DNA of 64,000 nt, taken from the NCBI RefSeq assembly GCF_009914755.1, contig NC_060931.1; one strand, 5' to 3'. Within the stretch, counting starts at the first letter, position 1. Each line of letters opens with the position of its first letter. The position numbers were made by a program, and so were the translations under genes. This DNA comes from the human T2T-CHM13v2.0 reference genome, Homo sapiens. This document shows, piece by piece, positions 15,300 through 33,298 of the stretch. Below the pieces are notes generated by a model, which searched no databases, had not been told where the DNA came from, and was given only the letters and a program-made list of their open reading frames with translations.

Positions 15300-16058
15300 T
15301 AATGATTCATTAAATTTGAGATTCATCAGTGTCTGAAAACAGAAACTCTAATTGTAGTCTTGTAAAAATGGGCTTCATTTTTTACATCACTTCTTTATTG
15401 AGGGTATGAGAATCCCGGATTGCTGCTTACCAGCACTGTATGAGTAATTTTGAATGCAAGTATGTATTTTCTTCTTTAAGTATTAATCGGGGCCTAGAAA
15501 ACCATGTGTGGCATTTCAGATAATTTAATTCTGGGAACTGGGTACACAGGTGTTACAAGATGAAAGAGCACAAAAGACACTGGGGTAATCCAGATAGGAA
15601 GCACTACCACCCCTAGGTTTGGGGGAACAGAAGAGAAGAACCTGGAAGCTCAGAGAGGTCCTCCTGCAGCTGGTAATCTGATCTCCGAGTGGAATGCCAT
15701 TCAGCTGGTACTCAACCACCAGGAGAGAAGAGGCACAGCTGGAGTTGGGAGGTGCAACACTCCTCTTGCTGGAGCAATGCTGATATTATAACAATGAAAA
15801 CAGCAAAGAAATCCCTTCTTCTCTCCCCTTCCAGTCTCCCTAGGCAAAACCTAACAGGATACTGGCAGTAAAGTCTGGAAAACATGGTTGGCAGGCTCAG
15901 CCCCAGAGCGAGGAATAGTGCAACTCTGACAAGAATAGAAGACAGGGCTTGGAAGTGAGACGGAGAGAGAGAGATAAACAGCAAGCATAACCTTGTAGGA
16001 GAGTTACAGAAACTGTAACTGCCTGGGTGTAGCTTTAGTTATTAAAATGTGCAGCTGA

Positions 16059-16440
<382 letters not shown>

Positions 16441-16489
16441 GCTTACAGTATTTTCATAAAATCATCCACTCATCCCTAAGTCATTATGA

Positions 16490-16813
<324 letters not shown>

Positions 16814-17370
16814 AAAGCTTATTTTTCTTAAGCATTATATAAAAGCATCATTGTTAACTGGATTATCGTGTTATTAGTATTAAGGAATATTTACAAAGTA
16901 AACCTATTGGTATGAAAAATATTTGATTAGTCATACAATTTTGTTAGTTTTAGATGCCGCAAATTAGGAGTTTGTCTTCCTCAAGGCAAGGCCACTTCTA
17001 AACTTGAACTGTGCTGTTCTCAGTTCTTAACGTAAGAAGGGAGCTTTATTTATCTAGTGACAGTTTGCTCTAACATGTCATTTAATTTTAATTTTCAAAA
17101 GGATCAGTTTGGAAGACTATATCATAGCTATTTGTTTTTAAAGCTCATTTTGTTAAAAGTCAAAGTAATACATTCATATAATAAAAGATGAAATAGAAGG
17201 ACTTACAATAAAAATCAATAGTCTTTTGCCACTCTTTCCCCATCCCGAGTCCCACTTTTCAGAGACAATTAGCTGTTTTTTGTTTATAGTTTAACTGTTT
17301 TGTTTATAGTATCATCAAACAGTAATGCCTCCATAACTCTAAATAATATGTCTATACCACTATTTCTTGA

Positions 17371-17696
<326 letters not shown>

Positions 17697-18862
17697 TGAC
17701 TTTCTTTTATGGAATATAAGGTACTTATTTTTTTAGTACTTTTCCTTTCCCTTGTACTTTTGATAGTTACATTGTAATACTGTTTCCATCTCCTGCTAAT
17801 AATGTCTCCTGACTCCCTCACCATGTAAGGATAGGATATTAATACTCTATACTCCTAGCCATTCTTCCACCTTTCTGTCCCTCTCCCGCCTCCAAATTTC
17901 TGTCAGCCTTATCTTTGCTTTTTCATTGTCATGGTTCATAACTTTTACCTGCTGTTTTGTATTATATTTCATTTTCTGTATTTTGGTCTGTAGTCGGGGT
18001 CTGGAGATGGAACTACATGTACAACTATAGCTTCATTTTTTTTTTTTTTCAACTGTAGAGCCCAGTGGTGTGGGAGGGTATTTTTTTTCTTTCCATGTCT
18101 GATATCATCACTCATACACTCTTTGAAAGAGAATTATCCTAGGTCAAATGGATTTTTCTTTTCTTATGTTCCATTTTTACTCACAATTAAGCCACATTTT
18201 ACTTTGATTCTATTTTCACTCTGACTTGAGCTGTGGAATTGTTTTTAATTTTTACTGCTGTGGTGAGATTTCCATCCATTACCCTAGTGTCCCCCTGAGG
18301 AGCAAACCCTATAGTTGACTTTAGGCTTCTTTAGGCTTCTTGAGAAAGGGTAAAATTTCTATCCTAGTTATGCAGTTTATATTCTGGATATGTTCAAGAA
18401 TGTAAGTTGAGCCAGCCTAGGTTCCCCCCACCCCACCCCGGGTTTGGACTGTAGACTGAGGCTAGGTGTCAGATTTTCCCTTAGGCAGTTCTTGTGGTTT
18501 TTCTTTTGATATGATAATGCTATTGATTAGACTAATGCTTTCTTTTACATTTAGTTACACTTTGATTAGATTTCCTGGCCTGCTTTTCTTTCTGCTTTGA
18601 TTTTTAAAATACTCTACACTTAATCTCATCCATTATGTGTGGATTAGACTAAATTTAACTCCCTTGGACATTTCCTTCAAATTCCAGTAGCTCCTTAGGT
18701 ATTATTGACTACAAGTACCAGGGTGCTCTGGGCCAAGACAATCTTTTTCTGTGTTTTCTTCCACTAACCCACCCATACTGGCCTAGAGGGACAAAAGTAG
18801 CAGCTCTTCTGTACCAGAGTACCCCTACCCCAACCTCTTGTAGTTTATATTATAAAGAAGGA

Positions 18863-19168
18863 CTTTTTAATTTAATTTTTTTTTTAAGAGAGAGGGTCTC
18901 ACTCTGTCACTCACACAGGAGTGCAGTGGTGCGATCTTGGCTCACTGAAGCCTTGTCCTCCCAGGCTCAAGCAATCCTCTTGCCTTAGCCTCCTGAGTAG
19001 CTGGGGCTATAGGCATGTGCCATCATGCCCAGCTAATTTTTCATTTTTTGTAGAGAGGGGGTCTCCCTATGTTGCCCAGGCTTGTCTCGAACTCCTGGAC
19101 ATAAGCAATCCTCCCACCTTGGCCTCCCAAAGTGCTGGGATTACGAGTGTGAGCCACTGTGTCCGGCC
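18863..19168 (-). mobile_element. AluJ-like
   Basis: TSD aagaaggac(t/c)ttt. Confidence 0.85.
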
Positions 19169-19609
19169 AAGAAGGACCTTTAGATGAAGGATATATTGCA
19201 CCCCAGGTGATGATCCAGGGTAAGAAAGATTTTAGTAAAATTGTTACCATGTTAAGTTATTGCTTGGGGGAATTTTTTTTCTTTTTCCTTTTTTTTTTTT
19301 TTAAATGAAGTATTGACTAATCTGCTGAACACCACTGGCTCTGGGTGATAGGTATGCTGTTTTATTTGAATGTGGTGTTGAGTCACAGGTCATTATGTAT
19401 TGCCGGCGCTTTCGTCTTACTTTTTATATCAGTTCAGAGGAATCACTCTCAAGTCCATCTGCTGCCTCTTCATTTTGTGCACTGTTGTGAAATTATGCTA
19501 GGGGCCTTGGTTTCCTATAGTTTCTTTATTTTATGTCTAGGAGAACAATATTTCAGTTGCTGGAGTTAATATAGGGCTTTTTAGATGCCTGATTCAGTCT
19601 CTTACACAG

Positions 19610-19905
19610 TTAAGAAAACCATCCTCAGAGATGACTGTCTGATTTAGAAATGAAGAAATTGAGGCCCAGTGCTTGTGAGACTAGTCAAGTAATGAGTCAA
19701 GAAGGGTAGAATCGGGAAGACATAGAGATTCTGGCATCATCATAATTAATGTCAGGCACTTATTGCTGGGCACTGTGTTCCTCACTTTATCTGGGTTATC
19801 TCATTTAATCCTCATATCATCCTTTTGCGAATAGGTAGTCATTTTTTTTTTCACTTAAAAAAAATGATAGAATTGTAGCTTAGAGGTTGAGTAACTTGTC
19901 CAGGG
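19610..19905 (-). mobile_element. MIR fragments
   Basis: atgaagaaattgaggcccag; ctcatttaatcctca; agaggttgagtaacttgtcca. Confidence 0.55.
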
Positions 19906-20255
19906 GTTCTGGATATCTTGGTGATAGACTGTGCTGTTTTATAAAATAGAGAATATTTAATATATTTTTACCTATTGACAGTTCACATCACTTTAGCTAT
20001 CCAGGGAATCTAACTCCTCATGGAGGAAAGCTAAAATGCTTCACTAAATTGACTTGGGAGAGTGGGGTCTGATGATGTCCAGCAATATGTCATATGTCAT
20101 ATCAGTCATATCTGGCATTAACCAACCTGCTTCTTTTATGATTTTATGGAAACATTGTAAGTATCATTCATAAGTATCCCACTCTAGTTAAAAGAAGTCA
20201 GAAATACCTTTGCCTTTGCTTTTCACAGGGTGTGCTGAATAAAAATGGTTAGAGA

Positions 20256-20545
20256 GGCCGGGTGCGGTGGCTCAAGCCTGTAATCCCAGCACTTTGAGAG
20301 ACCGAGGCAGATGGATCACCTGAGGTCAGGAGTTTGAGACCAGCCTGGCTGATATGGTAAAACCCCGTCTCTGCTAAAAATACAAAAATCAGCTGGGCTT
20401 GGTGGTGCACTTGTAATCCTAGCTACTTGGGAGGCTGAGGCACGAGAATTGCTTGAACCCAGGAGGCAGAGGTTGCTGTGAGCCAAGATCACACCACTGC
20501 CCTCCAGCCTGGGCAACAGAGTGAGACTCTGTCTCAAAAAAAAAA
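20256..20545 (+). mobile_element. AluS
   Basis: TSD aaaaatggttagaga. Confidence 0.9.
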
Positions 20546-21692
20546 AAAAATGGTTAGAGAGGCCAAAGAATGGGAGAGGGAGAGAGGTGGAAAGAGATGA
20601 GGCTCTGGGCAGAAATGGCAAGCCTGTGAAGCAGACAGCCCTATTGATTCATGCTGTGAACTGCATTCTGGAGCAAAGAATTGAAATCCATTATGCCAAG
20701 CGCATAGCCTACAAATCCCTTTGAAAAGCAGTTAGGTGCCATCTAATCCCAAATCATTTAAAAATAATTCTGAAGTACCCAGAATTCTAAAATGCCCTAA
20801 GCAGTTTGTCTCGAAGAACAGTGAAATGGATGGAAAAATAGCATTTTAATGGTATCTTTCTCTCATATATTATATTCAATTGTGTGACTTAGTGTGTTAA
20901 ATTGTTTTAGAGTAGTACAAATCTGGGGGCTAGGATATATTCCCTTGGATATTCTGAAACTCACATAAAACAGGATATGGAAGGGTAGCTTATCAGGTAG
21001 CTTAAAAATTCTTTTCTAATTTTGCCATAATTTCAGACTTTGGGAAAAGTTGCAAGAATAGTACAAAGAATTCTCATGTACCCTTTACCCAGATTTTCCA
21101 AATGTTCACATTTTACTGTGTTTTCAAAGACCTCAGAAAATTGAAAATTTGATTATCTACATAGAAACAAATCACCTAAAGAATAAAGACATAGCAGGAT
21201 TAGTTTAAGAGAGCAGTTACTCAGAGGAACAAAGGATTTTAGAATCAAAAGATCTCAAGATGGAGAAAGACTTCTATAGTAGAGTGGGACAAAATAAGAG
21301 AAAAATTTTACATAAATAAATAATTATGTTCTTTTACATGCAGCCATAGAGGTCATATTTCTATATCTATGTGGTTGACATTTTTTGGTAAACTCCAGAT
21401 GTGTAGTGCTGTATACTGTTACATGATAGTCAAATTTTAAATGTGTGTATATGTTCATGTGGGTTTGTATTAATACAAGTAGAGATAGTGTTAGTGTACA
21501 ACTGAAGCACTCAGCTTTTCAATATACATCAAAATTTAAAATACATATGCCTTTTGACCCAGCAATTTACCTTCAAGAGTTTGTTATTCTTAAAAGAATT
21601 TATTTTTTAAAATAATCAAATAATATACAAGATTTTTAATAAAGATAATACAGGCTGGTTATATTATTCTCCTGTAAGATTAGTCACTTCTT

Positions 21693-22006
<314 letters not shown>

Positions 22007-22059
22007 AGATTAGTCACTTCTTTGCACAGAAATTACACTGGTATATAGGGTAATTTTAA

Positions 22060-25255
<3,196 letters not shown>

Positions 25256-25496
25256 ATATGTAAAGTTTTATATACAAGGACATATTTTATACTGCATTGA
25301 TGTTTAGTTTATAATAGCAAAAACTTGGCAGCATATTTGATCAGCAGGTGACTGGTTATATAAATTATGACACATGCATATAATAAAGTATTATGCAGCT
25401 GTTTAAAAAAGATATGGTAGATCTGTTATGTTTTGACATGTAACAATGTCCAGATATATTGTAATATGAAAAAGACAGACAATATGTATAATATGA

Positions 25497-26140
<644 letters not shown>

Positions 26141-26467
26141 TGAGCTATCTTAAGTATGTTTTTATTGTTATATTTGAATGTCTTTTTATTATTAAGGGTA
26201 TCTGTTGTTTTGTGATCTGAGGTATAAAATTAGTACAGCGAATTTCCATCAAAATGGTTTCACGTAAGAACACCACTCTGTCATTTTTATGTCACATTTG
26301 CATGGTGCTTCCCATTTCCTGTGACTTGGTGTGGCACGGTAAGTAGTGAAATTGGAATTTTGTCAAGGTTCCTCTGCTCTTGAATAAAATATCTCTTAGT
26401 TTAAACATTGTGTTATATTACACACTGAATCCTGTTCTTTTTCTTTTTTGTCTGACAGTAGAACTTC

Positions 26468-26690
26468 ATGGAGGAACACGGAGTGACCCAAACCGAACAT
26501 ATGGCTACCATAGAAGCACATGCAGTGGCCCAGCAAGTGCAGCAGGTCCATGTGGCTACTTACACCGAGCATAGTATGCTGAGTGCTGATGAAGACTCGC
26601 CTTCTTCGCCCGAGGACACCTCTTACGATGACTCAGATATACTCAACTCCACAGCAGCTGATGAGGTGACAGCTCATCTGGCAGCTGCAG
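26468..26690 (+). CDS. NRF1: NRF1 first coding exon (aa 1-75, MEEHGVTQTEHMATIEAH...HLAAAG); exon starts at 26459 or 26462
   Basis: ATG at 26468; acceptor ttcttttttgtctgacag|tag|; donor CAG|GTAGTG at 26690/26691; 223 coding nt, phase 1. Confidence 0.98.
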
Positions 26691-26723
26691 GTAGTGTTGT
26701 TTGGATTAGAAGCTCTTCTTTAA

Positions 26724-27062
<339 letters not shown>

Positions 27063-27425
27063 TGAGCCTGTATTATACTGAGACTTGAGGTCTGTAATCA
27101 CTTACTATCAGTGTTATGGCTTTGGTTTTATTTTTTCATCTATTCTGCCTATGTTTTGGCTTTAAACTGAAGCATTTATTCCAATTACGTTGAACAGAAT
27201 CACTGACATGTATTTAGATTTAAATTTACCTTCTTTTCTATATGCTTTCTCTTTGCCCTACCTGTTCTGTTTACTTTTCTCTTTCTTGGCATTTTCTTTT
27301 GTAGTGATTGAAAATTTTGTATTTTTTCATTTTTTTCTTGTTAGTTTGAAAGTTATAAGCTTTTACTATTATCAATACCTGTAGAAATTGTAACATACAT
27401 CCTTTATTTATCAATGCCTTATGTT

Positions 27426-27730
<305 letters not shown>

Positions 27731-27859
27731 AAAAGCAAAACGTTGTATGTACTTGGAACTTTTAACCTCTACAGGGATAATACAAATTTCTTAGAACACT
27801 TGCATTTCATGCGCCCATCCTATATGCTATTGTTGTCCTTTGTATTCATTTTTGGTATA

Positions 27860-28520
<661 letters not shown>

Positions 28521-29038
28521 TAATGTTAATTTTTTTTCCTGCATCTCCAACTGGTCTCCTGAGATGGTTTTACTTCTGCCTAAAGACACCATTTAATATT
28601 TGCTTTAACATGGATCTGCTAGTAACAAGTTCTATTTTTGCTTGTCTGTGAATGTTTTTACTTAAACTTCAACCTTGAAGGATGTTTTCACTGAGTATGG
28701 AATTCTAGCTTGGTGGTTATTCTTTCCTCATGTTGAAGGTACTGTTCCACTGTCTTCTGGATTCCATTGCTGCTATTGAGAATTCAGCTATTTCATTCTA
28801 ACCGCTACTCTTTCAAAGATTATCTCCCACATGGCCTGCCCCCCTCTCCCGGAAATTTTAGCCATGAGATTTTGCTTCTGCTGCATTCCATCTCTTTTCA
28901 TTCCATGGCTCCAGTTACTTATGTTAGTCTTCCTCACTTGTGTGTCTCTTAACCATCTGTTCTGTATGTATCATCTTTCTGTGTAGTTTCTTCTGTCTTT
29001 CAGCTTGTGAAAGACAGAAGATTTTCTTCTTTAGCTGT

Positions 29039-31339
29039 TGTATTAGTCCATTTTCATGCTGCTGATAAGAGATACCCAAGACTGGGAAGAAAGAGGTTTT
29101 AATGGACTTACAGTTCCACCTGGCTAGGGAGGCCTCACAATCATGGTGGAAGGCAAGGAAGAGCAGGTCACATCTTACATGGATGACAGCAGGCAAAAAG
29201 AGAGAGAGCTTGTGCAGGGAAACTCCTCCTTTTAAAACCATCAGATCTTGTGAGACTTATTCACTATCACAAGAACAGCATGGGAAAGATCTGCCCCCAT
29301 GATTCAATTACCTCCCACCGGGTCCTTCCCACAACATGTGGGAATTATGAGAGTACAATTCAAGATGAGATTTGAGTGGGGACATAGAGCCAAACCATAT
29401 TATTCCACCCCTGGCCCCTCCCAAATTTCATGTCCTCACATTTCAAAACCAATCATGCCTTTCTAACAGTCCCCCAAAGTCTTAACTCATTTCAGCATTA
29501 ACTTAAAAGTCCACAGTCCAAATTCTCATCTGAGACAAGGCAAGTCCCTCTGCCTATGAGCCTGTAAAATCAAAAGCAAGTTAGTTACTTCCTAGATACA
29601 GTGGGGGTACAGGGATTGGGTAAATACAGGCATTCCAAATGGGAGAAATTGGCCAAATAAAAGGGCTACAGGCCCCATGCAAGTCCGAAATCCAGCAGGG
29701 CCGTCAAATCTTAAAGCTCCAAAATGATCTCCTTTGATTCCATGTCTCACATCCAGGTCATGCTGATACAAGAGGTGGGGTCCCATGGTCTTGGACAGCT
29801 CTGCCCCCTGTGGCTTTGCAGGGTACAGCCTCCCTCCCAGCTGCTTTCATGGGCTGTTGTTGAGTGTCTGTGGCTTTTCCAGGCAAAAGATGCAAGCTGT
29901 CGGTGGATCTACTATTCTGGGGGCTGGAGGACAGTGGCCCTCTTCTCACAGCTCTACTAGGCAGTGCCCCCGAAGGGACTCTGTGTGAGGTCTCCGACCC
30001 AACCCCACATTTCCCTTACACACTGTACTTGCAGAGGTTCTCTATGAGGGTCCCGCCCCTGCAGCAAACTTCTGCCTGGATATCCAGGAGTTTTCATACA
30101 TCCTCTGAAATCCAGGCATAGGTTCCCAAACTCCAATCCTTGACTTCTGTACACTTGCAGGCTCAACACCTTTGTGGAAGCTGCTAAGGCTTGGGGCTTG
30201 CAGCCCCTGAAGCCATGGCCCGAGCTCTGTGTTGGCCCCTTTCAGCCACAGCTGGAGCAGCTGGGATACAGGGCACCAAGCCCCTAGGCTGTGCCCAGCA
30301 CAGGGACCCTGGGCCCAGCCCTTGAAACCTCCTAGGTCTCCAGGCCTATGATGGGAGGGGCTACTGTGAAGACCTCTGACATGCCCTGGAGACATTTTTT
30401 CCATTGTCTTGGGGATTAACATTCGTCTCCTTGTTGCTTATGCAAATTTCTGCAGCCAGCTTGAAGTTTTCCTCAGAAAATGGGATTTTCTTTTCTGTTG
30501 CATTATCAGGCTGCAAATTTTCCAAACTTTCATGTTTTCCTTCCCTTATAAAACAATGCCTTTAACAGCACCCAAGTCACCTCTTGAATGCTTTGCTGCT
30601 TAGAAATTTCTTCTGCCAGATACCCTAAATCATCTCTCTCAAGTTCAAAGTTCCACAAATCTCTAGGGCAGGGGCAAAATGCCACCAGTCTCTTTGCCGA
30701 AGCATAACAAGAGTCACCTTTGCTCCAGTTCCCAACAAGTTTCTTATTTCCACCTGAGACCACATCAACCTGGACTTTATTGTCCATATCACTATCAGCA
30801 TTTTGGGCAAAGCCATTCATCAAGTCTCTTGGAAGTTCCAAACTTTCCTACATTTTCCCGTCTTCTTTTGAGCCCTCCAAACTGTTCCAACCCCAGCCTA
30901 TTACCCAGTTCCAAAGTCACTTCCACATTTTTAGGTATCTTTTCAGCAGCACCCCACTCCTGGTACCAATTTACTATATTAGTCCATTTTCATGCTGCTG
31001 ATAAGGACATACTCAAGACTGGGAAGAAAAGAGGTTTCGGTGGACTTACAGATCTATGTGGCTGGGGAGGCCTCACAACCATGGCAGAAGGCAAGGAGGA
31101 GCAAGTCATGTCTTACATGGATAACAGCAGTCAAAGAGTGAGAGAGCTTGTGCAGTGGAATTCCTCTTTTTTTAAACCCCCAGACCTAATGAGACTTATT
31201 CACTATCACAAGAACAGCACCGGAAAGACCTGCCCGCATGATTCAGTTACCTCCCACTAGGTTCCTCCCACAACATGTGGGAGTTATGAGAGTACAATTC
31301 AAGATGAGATTTGGGTGGGGACACAGCCAAACCATATCA
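29039..31339 (-). mobile_element. Full-length THE1 (THE1A-like) MaLR provirus: 3' LTR 29039-29402, internal region, 5' LTR 30975-31339
   Basis: Two ~365-bp direct LTRs starting tgatatggtttggc on the minus strand, polypurine tract beside the 3' LTR, 5-bp TSD GCTGT (29034-38, 31340-44). Confidence 0.93.
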
Positions 31340-31500
31340 GCTGTGTTTAAGGTGCCTTTTTTATGTTCTCTTTTCTTTGTTTTTTCTTTATTTATTAAGG
31401 TGCTTCTAAATCTGTTCATTGACTTATTAATTTTGGTAATTGTTAATAGTTTAACCAAAACTACTAACCAAGTGTTTTTTTTCCTCCAGTTTTAGAATTT

Positions 31501-31504
<4 letters not shown>

Positions 31505-31532
<28 letters not shown>
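31505..31532. repeat. (TG)n
   Basis: Read directly. Confidence 0.9.
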
Positions 31533-31535
<3 letters not shown>

Positions 31536-31853
31536 CCTCCGAGATTTGCACTGAACGGTTTCCAATAGTGGAAAAAAATTTCTTTTAAACAAATAATTTT
31601 ATAATTTACCTGGTAATTCTCTCTCAAGTTTCTGTTACATGTTGTTAATGTCATTTCTTGTTCACGTTGGCTCTTTTCTTGGTGTACTATTATATTTCAA
31701 TGAATACTGGATGCTGTGTTTGGAAAATTATTTCTAGAAATAATTTGGGGTCTAGTATAATGTTATCTTCCTCTAGAGAGGATTTTTGTTTGCTTCTGCG
31801 AGATGCCCGAGGGCACTAGCAATCCTGGATCATCTTAATCCAATTTAAGGTTT

Positions 31854-33298
31854 ATTTATTTATTTATTTATTTTTTTTAGTATTTATTGATCATTCTTGG
31901 GTGTTTCTCAGAGAGGGGGATGTGGCAGGGTCATAGGATAATAGTGGAGAGAAGGTCAGCAGATAAACACGAGAACAAAGATCTCTGGTTTTCCTAGGCA
32001 GAGGTCCCTGCGGCCTTCGGCCCTGTTTGTGTCCCTGGGTACTTGAGATTAGGGAGTGGTGATGACTCTTAACGAGCATGCTGTCTTCAAGCATCTGTTT
32101 AACAAAGCACATCTTGCACCGCCCTTAATCCATTTAACCCTGAGTGGACACAGCACATGTTTCAGAGAGCATGGGGTTGGGGGTAAGTTAAAGATTAACA
32201 GCATCCCAAGGCAGAAGAATTTTTCTTAGTACAGAACAAAATGGAGTCTCCTATGTCTACTTCTTTCTACACAGACACAGTACAAATCTGACCTCTCTTC
32301 CTTTTCCCCACATTTCCCCCTTTTCTTTTCGACAAAACCGCCATCGTCATCATGGCCCGCTCTCGATGGTCACTGTCTCTTCGGAGCTGTTGGGTACACT
32401 TCCCAGACGGGGCGGCCGAGCAGAGGCGCTCCCCACTTCCCAGACGGGGTGGCCGGGCAGAGGCGCACCTCACTTCCCAGACGGGGTGGTGGCCGGACAG
32501 AGGCGCTCCTCACCTCCCAGACGGGGTGGCGGCCGGGCAGAGGCGCTCCTCACATCCCAGACAATGGGCGGCCGAGCAGAGGTGCTCCTCACCTCCCAGA
32601 CGGGGCGGCCGGGCAGAGGCGCTCCCCACCTCCCAGACGGGGCGGCCGGGCAGAGGGCTGCTCACATCCCAGACGATGGGCGGCCAGGCAGAGACGCTCC
32701 TCACTTCCTAGACGGGGTGGCGGCTGGGCAGAGGCGCTCCTCACTTCCCAGACGGGGCGGGCGGGCAGAGGGGCTCCTCACATCCCAGACGATGGGCGGC
32801 CAGGCAGAGACGCTGCTCACTTCCTAGACGGGGTGGCGGGCGGGCAGAGGCTGTAATCTTAGCACTTTGGGAGGCCAAGGCAGGCAGCTGGGAGGTGGAG
32901 GTTGTAGCGAGCCAAGATCACGCCACTGTACTCCAGCCTGGGCAACATTGAGCATTGAGTGAGCGAGACTCCGTCTGCAATCCCAGCACCTCGGTAGGCC
33001 GAGGTGGGCAGATCACCCGAGGCCAGGAGCTGGAGACCAGCCCGGTCAACACGGCGAAACCCCGTCTCCACCAAAAATACGAAAACCAGTCAGGAGTGGC
33101 GGCGTGTGCCTGGAATCCCAGGCACTCGCCAGGCCGAGGCAGGAGAATCACCGGAGCCCAGGGCAGGGAGGTTGCAGGGAGCGGAGATCTTGGCAGTACA
33201 GTCCAGGCTCCCCCAGAGAGGGAGACAGTGGAGACGGGAAAGGGGGAGGGGGAGGGGGAAAGGGAGGGAGAGGGTAGGGGAGAGGGAGAGGGAGAGGG
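31854..33298 (-). mobile_element. Full-length SVA, old subfamily (SVA_A/B-like), antisense to NRF1
   Basis: (CCCTCT)n head ~33240-33298, Alu-like region, GC-rich VNTR ~32395-32850, SINE-R, A-rich tail; 16-bp TSD ATCCAATTTAAGGTTT at 31838 and 33299. Confidence 0.93.

Noticed and set aside
30679-31260. Longest ORF in the track (193 aa)
   Set aside because: Antisense read across the THE1 internal/LTR junction with no recognisable protein.
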